From Mobula hypostoma (lineage: Eukaryota): 64,000 nt of DNA. The stretch is taken from positions 153,638,001 through 153,702,000 of the forward strand of contig NC_086097.1 in the NCBI RefSeq assembly GCF_963921235.1, read 5' to 3'. Below, piece by piece: positions 26,215 to 38,510 of the stretch. The notes below the pieces were generated by a model that worked only from the letters and a program-made list of their open reading frames with translations, was not told where the DNA came from and did not search any database. Positions within the stretch are counted from its first letter, which is position 1; the number at the start of each line of letters is the position of its first letter. Made by a program: the position numbers and the translations under genes.

Positions 26215-26490
26215 TCTACTCCCATTGCAGTACAATATACAAAGTGAGTTAAACACCTTCTCAAAAATCATATGAGGCAGAAGCCACCATCAGGGTTTTT
26301 AATGAGTCTTACTTGTGAAAAGGTTTTGCTGATTCAAGGGCAAATAAAGAGGGGGTGGAGCCTGATGTACTTCCACCGTGTGCTTCAAGTTGAAGTCCAA
26401 GTTAACCCAGGCAGGAAATTATATATTTTAAAAACAGCCTATGTACAGCATTGTTTCATACAAAACGAACTGCACCTTTAGAGGCCAGAC
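26215..26490 (-). repeat. LTR (putative 3' LTR of the BEL/Pao element)
   Basis: Direct repeat of 37141-37417. Shared blocks: tgagttaaaca.cttctcaaaa, tcagggtttttaatgag, ttacttgtgaaaag, ttcaagggcaaataaa, aaaacagc.tatgtacag, catacaaaa. Confidence 0.75.
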
Positions 26491-27435
26491 CCTTCATACT
26501 ATTCATGCTTCCAGGGCGCTTGGGGAACGGCAAGCTCGCACAGGACAGTTCGTTAGATACGATTAACTATTCCCATTTCAGCCTGATGCAGCTGAGAGTC
26601 ACAACCGCTTCCTAGATCTGTACAGTTAATGAAGAGGCCTTAATGTGATTGGATAGACTATCACTGCTTAAAACCAATGGAAACAATGCTGATTGTGGTT
26701 ATATACCTTGCTGGATTCCACATAGGAAGCATGGCTGCAGGTCAGGTATACAGTGTGTTTAAGGAAACAGGTTTTTAGACTCCCACTGTTGACTATCTTG
26801 CTGGCAAATGTACAGTCCCTAGTAAATAAAATTGAAAATTTCAGAGCTAGGGTGCTGTATGAGAGGGTTGTTAGGACAGCCCATGTCCTTTCTTTTAAGG
26901 AATCTTGGTTAATCCCTTCCATACTGGGCGCAGTGATTCAGATTAACAGGTTCACTATACAGCGTCAAGATAGGACTGCCGAGTCTTTCAAAAGCAGAGG
27001 TGGAGGTGTATGTCTCATGATCAACTCCTCTTGGTGCACAAATGTATCAGTGTTGTCCCAACTCTGCTCGCTGGATCTGGAATATCTCGCAATACAGTGT
27101 CGTCCACTTCACCTGCTGTGGGAGATTTCTGCGATCATTTTGGTAGTGGTGTACATTGCACCTCAATGTCAAACAGGCTCTAGATGACCTGAGAAATGGG
27201 ATCAACAGCACGAACTGCACAACCCTGAGGCTTTCAACATCAATCTGGGGGATCTTAACCAGATAGCTTGAAAAAATGACTAAATAATTCCCATTAACAA
27301 ACCACTTGTAGTACCAGAGGAAACCACACACTGGACCACTGTTACACCACCATCAAGAGTGCTTACTGTGCTATTGTACACCCTCACTTTGGAAAGTCTA
27401 ATCACCTGCGGGTACTTCTACTCCCTGAGTATAGG

Positions 27436-27802
27436 TTTCAAAAGTTTCAAAGGTACATTTAATGTCAGAGAAATGTATACAATATACAGCATGAAATTAT
27501 TTTTCATGAAAACCATCAGTGAAAACAAAGGAGTGCCCCAAAGAATGAATGACAGTTAAATGTTAGGTCTCCAGTGCCCCCGCCCCAGCTCCACCCTCCC
27601 ACATGTAAGCAGCAGCAAAGCACCGATCCCCCCTCCCCCACTAGCAAAAAAAGCATCTGCGCCCTTCACAGAACACTCAAGGATGCAGCAAGCATCAATA
27701 AAGACACAGACTCGCAGTACCCCAAAGACTACTGTTCACCCGGTAACTTGACATACCACAGGCTCTCTCTCGCCCTAATAAGGAAAAAAGAGCTGTCTCC
27801 AT
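27436..27802 (-). mobile_element. Short retroposon 3' fragment inserted in Rex1
   Basis: Flanked by tatagg at 27430-27435 and 27803-27808. Removing it restores LPEYRQRLKT. Antisense tail ttcaaaagtttcaaagg. Confidence 0.75.
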
Positions 27803-28041
27803 TATAGGCAGAGACTGAAGACTGTAGCACCAGAAGTGACGACTAAAACGACACGGGAAGCACAGGAACGCTTACAGGACTGCCTTGAATTGGTGGACTG
27901 GACTGTATTCAAGGATTCATCTTCGAATCTGGATGAGTATACCCCGGTTATTACCAGCTTCATTAAACTCTGTGTGGATGAGCGTGTGCCTACGAAAACT
28001 TGCTATAAACAAAAGCCGTGGATGAACCAGGTACATTATTT

Positions 28042-29625
28042 ATGCAGACAGAAACAGGTGAATTGATTATGGGGAGCAAGGACATGGCAGACCAATTGAA
28101 TAATTACTTTGGTTCTGTCTTCACTAAGGAGGACATAAATAATCTTCCAGAAATAGTAGGAGACAGAGGGTCCAGTGAGATGGAGGAACTGAGCGAAATA
28201 CATGTTAGTAGGGAAGTGGTGTTAGGTAAATTGAAGGGATTGAAGGCAGATAAATCCCCAGGGCCAGATGGTCTGCATCCTAGAGTGCTTAAGGAAGTAG
28301 CCCAAGAAATAGCGGATGCATTAGTGATAATTTTTCAAAACTCGTTAGATTCTGGACTAGTTCCTGAGGATTGGAGGGTGGCTAATGTAACTCCACTTTT
28401 TAAAAAAGGAGGGAGAGAGAAACCGGGGAATTATAGACCGGTTAGCCTAACGTCGGTGGTGGGGAAACTGCTGGAGTCAGTTATCAAGGATGTGATAACA
28501 GCACATTTGGAAAGTGGTGAAATGATCGGACAAAGTCAGCATGGATTTGTGAAAGGAAAATCATGTCTGACGAATCTCATAGAATTTTTTGAGGATGTAA
28601 CTAGTAGAGTGGATGGGGAGAACCAGTGGATGTGGTATATTTGGATTTTCAAAAGGCTTTTGACAAGGTCCCACACAGGAGATTAGTGTGCAAACTAAAA
28701 GCACACGGTATTGGGGGTAAGGTATTGGTGTGGGTGGAGAATTGGTTAGCAGACAGGAAGCAAAGAGTGGGAATAAACGGGACCTTTTCAGAATGGCAGG
28801 CGGTGACTAGTGGGGTACCGCAAGGCTCAGTGCTGGGACCCCAGTTGTTTACAATATATATTAATGACTTGGATGAGGGAATTAAATGCAGTATCTCCAA
28901 GTTTGCGGATGACACGAAGCTGGGTGGCAGTGTTAGCTGTGAGGAGGATGCTAAGAGGATGCAGGGTGACTTGGATAGGTTGGGTGAGTGGGCAAATTCA
29001 TGGCAGATGCAATTTAATGTGGATAAATGTGAAGTTGTACAAGGCCTTGGTGAGACCACACCTGGAGTATTGTGTGCAGTTTTGGTCCCCTAATCTGAGG
29101 AAAGACATCCTTGCCATAGAGGGAGTACAAAGAAGGTTCACCAGATTGATTCCTGGGATGGCAGGACTTTCATATGAAGAAAGACTGGATGACCTGGGCT
29201 TGTACTTGTTGGAATTTAGAAGATTGAGGGGGGACCTGATTGAAACGTATAAGATCCTAAAGGGATTGGACAGGCTAGATGCAGGAAGATTGTTCCCGAT
29301 GTTGGGGAAGTCCAGAATGAGGGGCCACAGTTTGAGGATAGAGGGGAAGCCTTTTAGGACCGAGATTAGGAAAAACTTCTTCACACAGCGAGTGGTGAAT
29401 CTGTGGAATTCTCTGCCACAGGAAACAGTTGAGGCCAGTTCATTGGCTATATTTAAGAGGGAGTTAGATATGTCCCTTGTGGCAACGGGGGTCAGGGGGT
29501 ATGGAGGGAAGGCTGGGGCGGGGTTCTGAGTTGGATGATCAGCCATGATCATAATAAATGGCGGTGCAGGCTTGAAGGGCCGAATGGCCTACTCCTGCAC
29601 CTATTTTCTATGTTTCTATGTTTCT
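28042..29625 (+). mobile_element. Young 5'-truncated CR1 nested in Rex1
   Basis: Near-open ORF2 (KSPGPDGLHPRVLKE, GNYRPVSLTS, QGSVLGP, FADDTK), (tttctatg)n tail, and 7-bp TSD attattt at 28035-28041 and 29626-29632. Confidence 0.96.
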
Positions 29626-32113
29626 ATTATTTGCTAAGGGCTAGATCTGTGGTATTTAAGTCTGGTGACCCAGGTCTGTAAAAGAAAACCAGGTTGCAGG
29701 GGTTTATTTCAAGAGTGAAGAGACAAATCCAAGCAGAGATGGAGGCAACATTGAATGCACATATACTCTGGCAGGGTTTGCAAGACATTACTTCCAATAA
29801 GGTGAAACCCAATAACATGAATACAGCAATGCTTCACTACCAGATGAGCTCAATGTCTTCTACGCAAGTTTTGAAAGGGAGAATATAACTACAGCTGTGA
29901 AGATCCTTCCAGCAGCCGATGACACTGCAATCTCTGTCTTGGAGGCCGATGTTAGGCTGTCTTCAATGACAGTGAACCCTCACAAGGCAGTACTTGGGGT
30001 ACTTTGTAAAGTTCTGAAAATTTGTGCCAACCAACTAGCGGGAGTAATTAGGGTCGTTTTCAACCTCTCACTGCTATGGGCAGAAGTTTCCACCTGCTTC
30101 AAAAAGCCAAAAATTATACCAGTGCCTAAGAAGAGCAGTGTGGCTGCCTCAACAACTGTCACCCAGTGGTGCCCTCATCTTCAGTAATGAAATGCTTTGA
30201 GAGGTTGCTTATGGCTAGAATGAACTCCTGCCTCAGCAACACCTGGATCAATTGTAATTTACCTACGGCAGCTGCAATCCCAATGGCTCTTCACACGTCC
30301 CTAGATCACCTGGAAAATATAAACACCTATGTCAGGATGCTATTCATTGACTATAGCTCAGTGTTTAACACCATCATTCTCACAGCCTAATCGAAAAGCT
30401 ACAGAACGTGGGCCTCTGTACCTCCTTCTGCAATTGGATCCTCCACAATCTGTGCAAATCGGTGATAATATCTCCTTCTTGCTGACGATCACCACTGGCG
30501 CACCTCAGGGGTGTGTGCTTAGCCCACTGCTCTACTCTCTCTATACCCATGACAGTGTGGCTAGGTATAGTTCAAATACCATCTATAAATTTGCTGATGA
30601 TACAACCATTGTGGGTGGCATCTCAGATGGAGATGAGAGAGCGTACAGGAGCGAGATAGACCAGCTAGTTGAGTGGTGTTGCAGCAACAACCTTGCCCTC
30701 AATGTCAGCAAGACGAAAGAGCTGACTGTGGACCTCAGGAAGGGTAAGACGAGAGAACACAAACCAGTCCTCATAGAGGGACCAGGTGCAGAGAGTGAGC
30801 AATTTTAAATTCCTTGGGTGTCAAGATCTCTGAGGATCAGAAGATTTTCTCATGTTTGTGAGTCTTGATGATGTTCCTTATGGAGATCTGCAAGAAATGC
30901 TGTGCCTGTTAACTATGAGGTGAAGGTGAGCTGGTTAGCTTGGAGCCCTCCTGTGGGTGAGATTTGTAGGAACATAGTTCTATTTGCTCTTCTGAGTTGA
31001 TCACCTGATACGTTGGATCCTATTACATACATAAACAGAGAACCTCTTTATTTCATTAAATATATAACTGAGAACAGACTTGCTGTCAGTTAAGAACTTG
31101 ATATCATATTCTGTGTCAAAATCTTTGGTTGTCATCTCTACTATCTCAACTGCTAGAATAGCAGAATTGAGTTCAAGCCTTGGTATGGTGAGATCTGGTT
31201 TGGCAGCAAACTTCACCTTGCTCAGGATGAATTCAACTTCACTATATCCAGCAGCATCTGTGACCCTCTGGTATGCGACAAAAGCAATAACTTCAGTTGA
31301 CAAATCACCAAAGCTGAAGCTCTCTCTCTCCTGGGATAGTGGAATTGTTATGTTGGTTCTTAGAAATTTGAGGTCTTTAAGGTCCTGAAGGGAAGAACAC
31401 CACTGCTGCCACTGCTCATGTTTATCTTTAGAAAGTGGGACATCCCATCTACAAGTGTCAAAGTCAACTCTCTTTGCATGAAGCATCCCTGGATACTAAC
31501 TAGAGTAGCAATAAACAAGACAGTCAGATAGGCTGTTAGTAGTGGATTGGACACCATGATGCATAAAGTATCTTTTGGTATTAGTGACCTGGAAGATAAA
31601 CGTGTCAATTACGAGGTCCCATCCAGGGCCCACCTGCACTGCATAGGAGGGAGTCTGGTTCAAGATCAAGATTCCTTAGACCTTTGGCCAGATTTTCAGA
31701 TGGGAAACATTACATGACCTCAGCACTGTTGGATGATATCTCAAGCAGTCTGAGATTAGACAACGCCAACAGATCTTGCACTGCTTTCAGCACACTGACT
31801 CCTTCTTATGCACTAGAAAATGATTTAAGACTATCATCAACATCAACATGCCTCTCTATGTACCTCTGTGCTTCAATCCCAAATTCCCCCTTCACTCAGT
31901 AGCTGTCCTCTTAAGGACATGGATTGCCAGAGTTGGCAAGGGACAGTCACCAAATACATTAGCTCCCATGCAGTACTCCAGGATCTCGTTGTTCAGTTGG
32001 TGGTCACAAGGCCACACAAATCTGAGGTAGTCTTAATGATCCTCTCTCACTAGGAAGCTGTGGAACATTTGTGTGATGTCTGCCACCGTTGCAAAAGACT
32101 CAGTTCTGAAGCA

Positions 32114-33633
32114 ATCGATGAGAACAATCTATGTTCCGTGCTTATTCTAGTATCTGTCCCCCACTTTTCCTTCACTACATCGACGACTGCATTGGCGCTG
32201 CTTCCCGCACGCATGCTGAGCTCGTTGACTTCATTAACTTTGCCTCCAACTTTCACCCTGCCCTCAAGTTTACCTGGTCCATTTCCGACACCTCCCTCCC
32301 CTTTCTAGATCTTTCTGTCTCTGTCTCTGGAAACAGCTTATCCACTGATGTCTACTATAAGCCTACTGACTCTCACAGCTATCTAGACTATTCCTCTTCT
32401 CACCCTGTCTCTTGCAAAAATGCCATCCTCTTCTCGCAATTCTTCTGTCTCTGCCGCATCTGCTCTCAGGATGAGGCTTTTCATTCCAGGACGAGGGAGA
32501 TGTCCTCCTTTTTTAAAGAAAGGGGCTTCCCTTCCTCCACTATCAACTCTGCTCTCAAACGCATCTCCCCCATTTCACATACATCTGCTCTCACTCCATC
32601 CTCCCACCACCCCACTAGGAATAGGGTTCCCCTGGTCCTCACCTACCACCCCACCAGCCTCCGGGTCCAATATATTATTCTCCATAACTTCCGCCACCTC
32701 CAACGGGATCCCACCACTAAGCAATCTTTCCCTCCCCCCCCCCCGCTTTCCGCAGGGATCGCTCCCTACACGACTCCCTTGTCCATTCATCCCCCCCATC
32801 CCTCCCCACTGATCTCCCTCCTGGCACTTATCCTTGTAAGCAGAACAAGTGCTACACATGCCCTTACACTTCCTCCCTTACCGCCATTCAGGGCCCCAGA
32901 TAGTCCTTCCAGGTGAGGCGACACTTCACCTGTGAGTTGGCTGGGGTGATATACTGCGTCCGGTGCTCCCAATATAGTCTTCTATATATTGGCGAGACCC
33001 AACGCAGACTGGGAGACCGCTTTACTGAACACCTACGCTCTGTCCGCCAGAGAAAGCAGAATCTCCCAGTGGCCACACATTTTAATTCCACATCCCATTC
33101 CCATTCTGACATGTCTATCCACGGCCTCCTGTACTGTAAAGATGAAGCCACACTCGGATTGGAGGAACAACACCTTATATTCCGTCTGGGTAGCCTCCAA
33201 CCTGATGGCATGAACATCGACTTCTCTGACTTCCGCTAATGCCCCACCTCCCCCTCGTACCCCATCTGTTATTTATCTTTATACACACATTCTTTCTTTC
33301 ACTCTCCTTTTTCTCCCTCTGTCCCTCTGAATATACCCCTTGCCCATCCTCTGGGTTCGCCTCCCCTCCTTTTCCTTCTCCCTGGGCCTCCTGTCCCATG
33401 ATCCTCTCATCTCCCTTTTGCCAATCACCTGTCCAGCTCTTGGCTCCATCCCTCCCCCTCCTGTCTTCTCCTATCATTTTGGATCTCCCCCTCCCCCTCC
33501 AACTTTCAAATCTCTTACTAACTCTTCCTTCAGTTAGTCCTGACGATGGGTCTCGGCCTGAAACGTCGACTGTACCTCTTCCTAGAGATGCTGCCTGGCC
33601 TGCTGCGTTCACCAGCAACTTTGATGTGTGTTG
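32114..33633 (+). mobile_element. Penelope-like element, 5'-truncated (RT C-terminus plus GIY-YIG endonuclease plus 3' repeat)
   Basis: LHYIDD...PFLDL...VYYKPTDSHSYL (32131-32916) and GVIYCVRC...YIGETQRRLGDRFTEH (32913-33239). 14-bp TSD tcagttctgaagca at 32100-32113 and 33634-33647. Confidence 0.95.
33536..33571 (+). ncRNA. Minimal type I hammerhead ribozyme motif in the PLE 3' repeat
   Basis: AGTC-CTGACGA-TGGGTCTCGGCCT-GAAA-CGTC-GACT: stem I AGUC/GACU, CUGANGA and GAAA cores, palindromic ACGU stem III, GUC cleavage triplet. Confidence 0.75.
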
Positions 33634-34020
33634 TCAGTTCTGAAGCATCTGAGTTCCCCGAGCAGACTGTTATCAAGGTCTGGACCCCACAAGAGCGCAC
33701 TGTTTAGTGATACAACTTTGAAATGTGCACTTTAATCAAAGGCAATTTGTAGTTGTGCATTTCTGGGGGTGGTAAACACCTAAATGAGGCAAACACCAGT
33801 TTTCTTTTTTGGGATCTGGTGGGGGCGCTAACTCAGCATGATTGTTCCTGAAGAGGATCCCTGGTTTTCAGGTTTCCTTCTCAATGTGTGACTGAGGGAC
33901 ATGAGTCAACTAAGGGCCTGCTGTCAGTTATTTGGCAGAAATTGAGGGGATCAGAAAAGAAGGAGTATTATCCAACTGTTTGATTCATCTTTGATAAATT
34001 CTTTGTTCATGAATCAAAGG

Positions 34021-34550
34021 TTCAAATGATAATTTAAAGTTTACAACTCTGAATTTCTTCAATTCTCTGGTAGCCATAAAACCAAGAAAGAGAAGATAGG
34101 CAGCATGATCATCAATGCCCAAATCCCACCTCCCTGCAAGAAAAAAAAACAAAAATGGATCGGGTGCATCAACCCCTAAATCTCCCTTCCCCACAAAAAC
34201 TGAGCAAAATGGATCAGGCACATCGACCCCTTATCTCCTTCCCCCATAAAAAAATGAGAATGTTAGGTGAAAAGACACAGAATTTAAAAACTATGACTGA
34301 AAAATAGAGTCTATAGTCCTAATTCCAAATTCAAAATGCAGAAAAAACCTGGTCAAATCTCTTCGGGCCCAGGCACAATGGCAGACTCTCCCCTCGCTGG
34401 TATAGAGCAACCGATCAAAAGACCGGCAGTCAGCATTCACCCTCTCCACTCGCTTTGATGCCTTACTCATCCTTGTTGCTGTAATCAGCGGACAATGGGA
34501 TCCTTAATCAGCAGAATGGAGCCAAACATCGACTTGCCCCCGTCCTGCAG
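34021..34550 (-). mobile_element. Non-autonomous retroposon with internal tandem repeats, nested in BEL/Pao
   Basis: 13-bp TSD catgaatcaaagg at 34008-34020 and 34551-34563. Three roughly 53-bp units (catc.a.ccc..aatc.cc.tcccc..aaaa) at about 34110-34255. Confidence 0.8.
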
Positions 34551-34659
34551 CATGAATCAAAGGAAGACCTCATCTTCAGTGCAAGGTGCCAGCTTATAGG
34601 CACTTTCTGAGTGCGAGACCAGCTGGCCTAAATCTGGTTGAGCTTGGTAAATAGGTTGA

Positions 34660-34866
34660 GGCAACACACACAAAATGCTGGAGGAACTCAGCAGGTCAGG
34701 CAGCACCTATGGAAAAGAGTAAACGGTCGAAGTTTCATGTGAGACTCTTCATCAGGACTGGAATGGAAGAAGGTGGGGGGAGGGGAGGAAGCATTACAAG
34801 GTGGCTGGTAATAGGTGAAATTGGGAGAGAGGAAGGGGGTGAGGTAAAGAGTTGGGAAGCTTGGAA
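34660..34866 (-). mobile_element. Penelope-derived 3' repeat
   Basis: caacacacacaaaatgctggaggaactcagcagg...cttcatcaggactg, antisense to the PLE end. Confidence 0.8.
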
Positions 34867-37140
34867 GTATGTTGGAGTGCTTGGTTTGCTTAAATTTAAT
34901 CTTCTTTTTCATACAGATTCTGCTCTCATGATTCGGGCACCCATTCTCCAGGACATTAGTCTTAAATGTACTATCAGTGGGCCGATGAGCTCCATCAGGG
35001 CAGACTTCATCCACTCTGACCCAACCCAAGTCCTCTCATTAGGCATAAACTGGATTGTGCCAACCATTGCACATAACTTATGTGCATGGATGGTATCTCT
35101 TTCAAGCAAAAGGATTACCTCTGCATAAGAGCTAAGTGGGGGGAGTCTTGTCAGTTATGAACTTCAGATGTAAGTGACCGCATGCAGCTTCAGGAGTTGG
35201 GATTTCATCCCTGTTTTGGGGAATGTGAGTGCATTCAATTGAGTTTGCCAAGGGTAAGTAGACTTCCCCATCTATTGACTTCGTGACAAATTAACTGGCT
35301 TTCCGTCCAGCAGCTTCTGATGTTCCAGAACATGCCTTTAGCGGGTACAGGGAAACAAAACTTTGAAAACTGGACAGAATATTGATTTTACCAAAGACAC
35401 ATTGCTCTGATCATTTGATATCACCTACACAGGTTTTGCCATGAAAGCCTTTCCCGCATACGTCTGTACATGAGGAAGTAGCTACGTCTGATGGATGCCT
35501 GGCTGACTTCCCGCCATTCTCTGCTGTACTCAGTGCAGGGTATGATAGCTTCTCATCTTCTCCTGAGCATACTGTTGAAGCACATTGGTGCTCCTTTAGA
35601 AAGCATCTCTGGTCTGCAACCATTTCTTTTCTCTGAATCCTCTGTATTTCCTTAAGATGTAAGTTTTTTTTATGAACAGGCCATTTCCTATTGGGATTCA
35701 TAATACAGTTTTGTACTTCAGATTTGCACACTGCTTTGGTTTTCCATGTTTCTGCTGGAGACTTCACTTTGAATGAGCTGTTACCAAAAGCTGAGAGCAT
35801 AAAACTAGGGTCGTTCTGCAATTCTGTGTGGTGCCAGATGAAGTCCACAAAGACTGAAAATGGTAGAAAGCAGAATGCATGATGTTTTATTTTTTACCTG
35901 AAACCTACAGTTATCCACTGTTCTTATATATTGTTTGGCAGTTTCTCCACTCTAGGGTTTATTTCAGTTGCTGTGTCCAAGAAACTCAGCCCTTTGTTTT
36001 TATCAGCTTGCAGTTCTGACAAAAGACCAGGAAGCTCCTGCAGCTTCTGTGGTGTTTTGTGTGAGAGCTTTGGAGAACTACCAAGTTTACTGAAGAAAAT
36101 GTCTTCATTTCCCTCTGGAGAGCCAAGGCAGTTGTCCAGTCTCTGCCTCAGCATTTGTAAACCCATAACTGGAGTATTGAACTGCTCTAACCCCTCTGGC
36201 ATGTTGCAGTGACTCTCCACCAAGCCACATGCAAAGAAGGTTGAGCTGTTCGCTAGGTTTGAGGTTTAGTCCTTCCATGACATTGTGACAGCTTGATCTA
36301 AGGGACAGATATAATAACCAGCAGACTGGTTGTCGAACACCTTTAGTTCTGTTGTGACAAGTTTTCGGTGAGTCAGATACCAAGCCAAATCTAATCCACC
36401 TGTGGCTCTTGATTGAGGGCATATTGGAGACTGATTTACCAAACGTATGTCCTAGGATAGATGGAAGTTCAGTCTGTCTATGCTGTGCAAATGGGGTTGG
36501 TGTCTGTGTAAGTGGACTTGGTAAATCTTGACTGAAATTTTTGCCAAAATGGAACTGCAGTAGAAGGTGTTGTGGGTCTTTGCTGCTGTATACCTCGACT
36601 ATCAAAACCTGGACTGTGTGAAAGGCATGTTGGCTGTGTGCTGCGGACAGCTTCTCCTTGCAGCTGAAATGTGCTTGGATATATTCTTTAGAAAGCTGCA
36701 ATGCCTACTGTGATAGCAAATCATGACTGATTCTGGCTGTAGACTTGCCTCTGTCTAAATCAGCTGATGTTTCATATACCTTTGCCTCTTCTAAGGCAGG
36801 CTCAGTTTCACGCTCTTCCCTGAGTGCACTTAATGTTGCCTCTACACGCACTCTCTCCATGGCTATATGAGCTTTCTCTACTTGCGTCTCAATTTTGCGT
36901 TTAGCATAAGCTGCGCTCATTCTTGCTGCTTCAGCTTTGGCGCAAACTTGTGCTGTGCTTATGCTAATCGTGGATTCGTTCAAGCATCGCGACAGTGTGC
37001 TTGATGCGCCACATTCTGACCTCACTTCTGGGTCTTGGCAATTGACATTGCTCAGGTCAGAGGCTGATGTTCTCGCATACAGTATTCAAATACGTCTCCA
37101 GTCTGCCGGCAATGCTTTTAAAGACGATTTGTCTTTTCAC

Positions 37141-37417
37141 TAACTTGCCCTCACAGTGTGGATATACAAAGCTATACAATGAGTTAAACATCTTCTCAAA
37201 AGTCACCCGAGACGAAAGTTTCCTTCAGGGTTTTTAATGAGATTTTACTTGTGAAAAGAGATTGCTGTTTCAAGGGCAAATAAACAGGAGATGCAGATGG
37301 ATGCAATTCCACCGTTTGAAACCTAAATGAACCCGCACAAAAAATGAGATAAAAAAAACAGCTTATGTACAGAAAGTGATGCTCATACAAAATGATCTGT
37401 GCCTCTAGAAATCAGAA
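37141..37417 (-). repeat. LTR (5' LTR of the BEL/Pao element)
   Basis: Abuts the start of the internal region and is a direct repeat of 26215-26490. Confidence 0.8.
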
Positions 37418-37429
37418 CAACTGATGCCA

Positions 37430-38510
37430 CAATGTTCTCTCATTGAAATACTAATCAGCCCATCCAAGCTCATCATCAGGCTTCAGGATCTGGGCCTCTG
37501 AACCTCCATCTGCAATGGGATGTTTGACTGCCTCATCAACAGACCTCAGTTCGTGAGCAGTGGTAAAAACATCTCCTCTCTGACCGGCAGCACAGGAACA
37601 CCTCAATGCTGAGTGGTTAGCACCCAGCTCTATTCTCTATACACACGGAGTCTCCAATGCCACCTTCAAATTCACTGATAACACCACTGCCGTTTAATAA
37701 ATCAAAGGTGGTGATAAATCAGCTTACCGAATGTCAGCAGAACTAAATTTTGTTGATTTCAAGAAGCGGGAGATGGGCGAACATGAGCCAGTCTATACTG
37801 GGGGATTAGAAATGAAGAGAGTCAGCAACATTAAATTACTGAGCATTATCTTATCAGATATCTCTCCTGGGCCCATCACATCATAAGGAAAGTGTGCTCC
37901 CATCATTTTTTTCTTAGGAAAGAAAGAAGGTTTGGCTTGTCACTGGGAACTTTAAAACCTTCTACAGATGTATTGTTGAAAGTATCCTGACTTGTTGCAT
38001 CATGGTCTGGTACAGTAATCTGAATGTACAGGAACATAAGAAGCTCCAGAAACTAGTGGATTCTGCCAGTACATCACAGGCATATCCTACCCATCTACAC
38101 AGACAATATCTACAGGAGATGCTGCCACAAGAAGGCAGCATCTATCATTAAAGATCCACATCACCCTGGCCATGTAATCTTTTTCCAGCTGCCAATAGGC
38201 AGGAAGTACAGAAGCTTGAAAACGTATACCTACAGGTTCAAAAATAGTTACTTCCTTTCAACCGTTTGGTCATATGGTTCTTGAACCAACTGGAAAAATT
38301 CTAATCTCTACAGTTCGGCACCACAATGACCATTTTGACCACTGTACACTAAAATGGACTTTAGTTTTATTCTACTTGTGTTTTCATGTAAACATTGTGT
38401 TTCATCCATGTTTTCTTGCGAATGCTGCTCATGTGATGCTATGCGCTTTTGATGCAGCTGTGCACACATGTGCTTCTGCAAATAACAAAAAGCTCAACTT
38501 TGACTTTGAG
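37430..38510 (+). mobile_element. Rex1/Babar LINE 3' fragment
   Basis: ttcaaattcactgataacacc (FKF.DNT) and FYRCIVESILTCCIMVWY, with tail ctttgactttga. Confidence 0.85.

Larger units (their letters stand above)
26500..30838 (+). mobile_element. Rex1/Babar LINE (endonuclease plus RT), 3'-truncated, with two nested insertions
   Basis: LPLLTILLANVQSLVNK, KSRGGGVCL, QKPWMNQ, IIPVPKK, MKCFERL, YVRMLFIDYSS, TGAPQGCVLSPLLYSLYTHD, YKFADDTT. Confidence 0.92.
30839..37140 (-). mobile_element. BEL/Pao LTR retrotransposon internal region (gag-pol remnants, integrase missing)
   Basis: Gag coiled coil AKAEAARMSAAYAKRK; SSCTDVCGKGFHGK; KLAP.TEDEVFL..MNKEF.KDESNSW; Pao RNase H region AKPDLTIPRLELNSAILAVEI...FLTDSKSVLSYIFNE...YVCNRIQRIR. 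The minus strand begins gtgaaaagac right after the LTR. Confidence 0.9.

Noticed and set aside
28649..29552. Long minus-strand ORFs (136 and 184 aa)
   Set aside because: They are antisense shadows of the CR1 RT frame, with no independent motifs.
33175..33643. Gly/Arg-rich and Pro/Ser/Leu-rich ORFs, also at 46017-46398
   Set aside because: They are translations of the pyrimidine-rich PLE 3' UTR.
34110..34255. Repeat-spacer-like periodicity suggestive of CRISPR
   Set aside because: These are diverged tandem units with no unique spacers, inside a TSD-flanked retroposon in vertebrate DNA, with no cas genes.
35411..36701. ORFs of 99-198 aa that could pass for a host gene
   Set aside because: They are colinear with BEL/Pao gag remnants between the LTR and pol, and are frameshifted.
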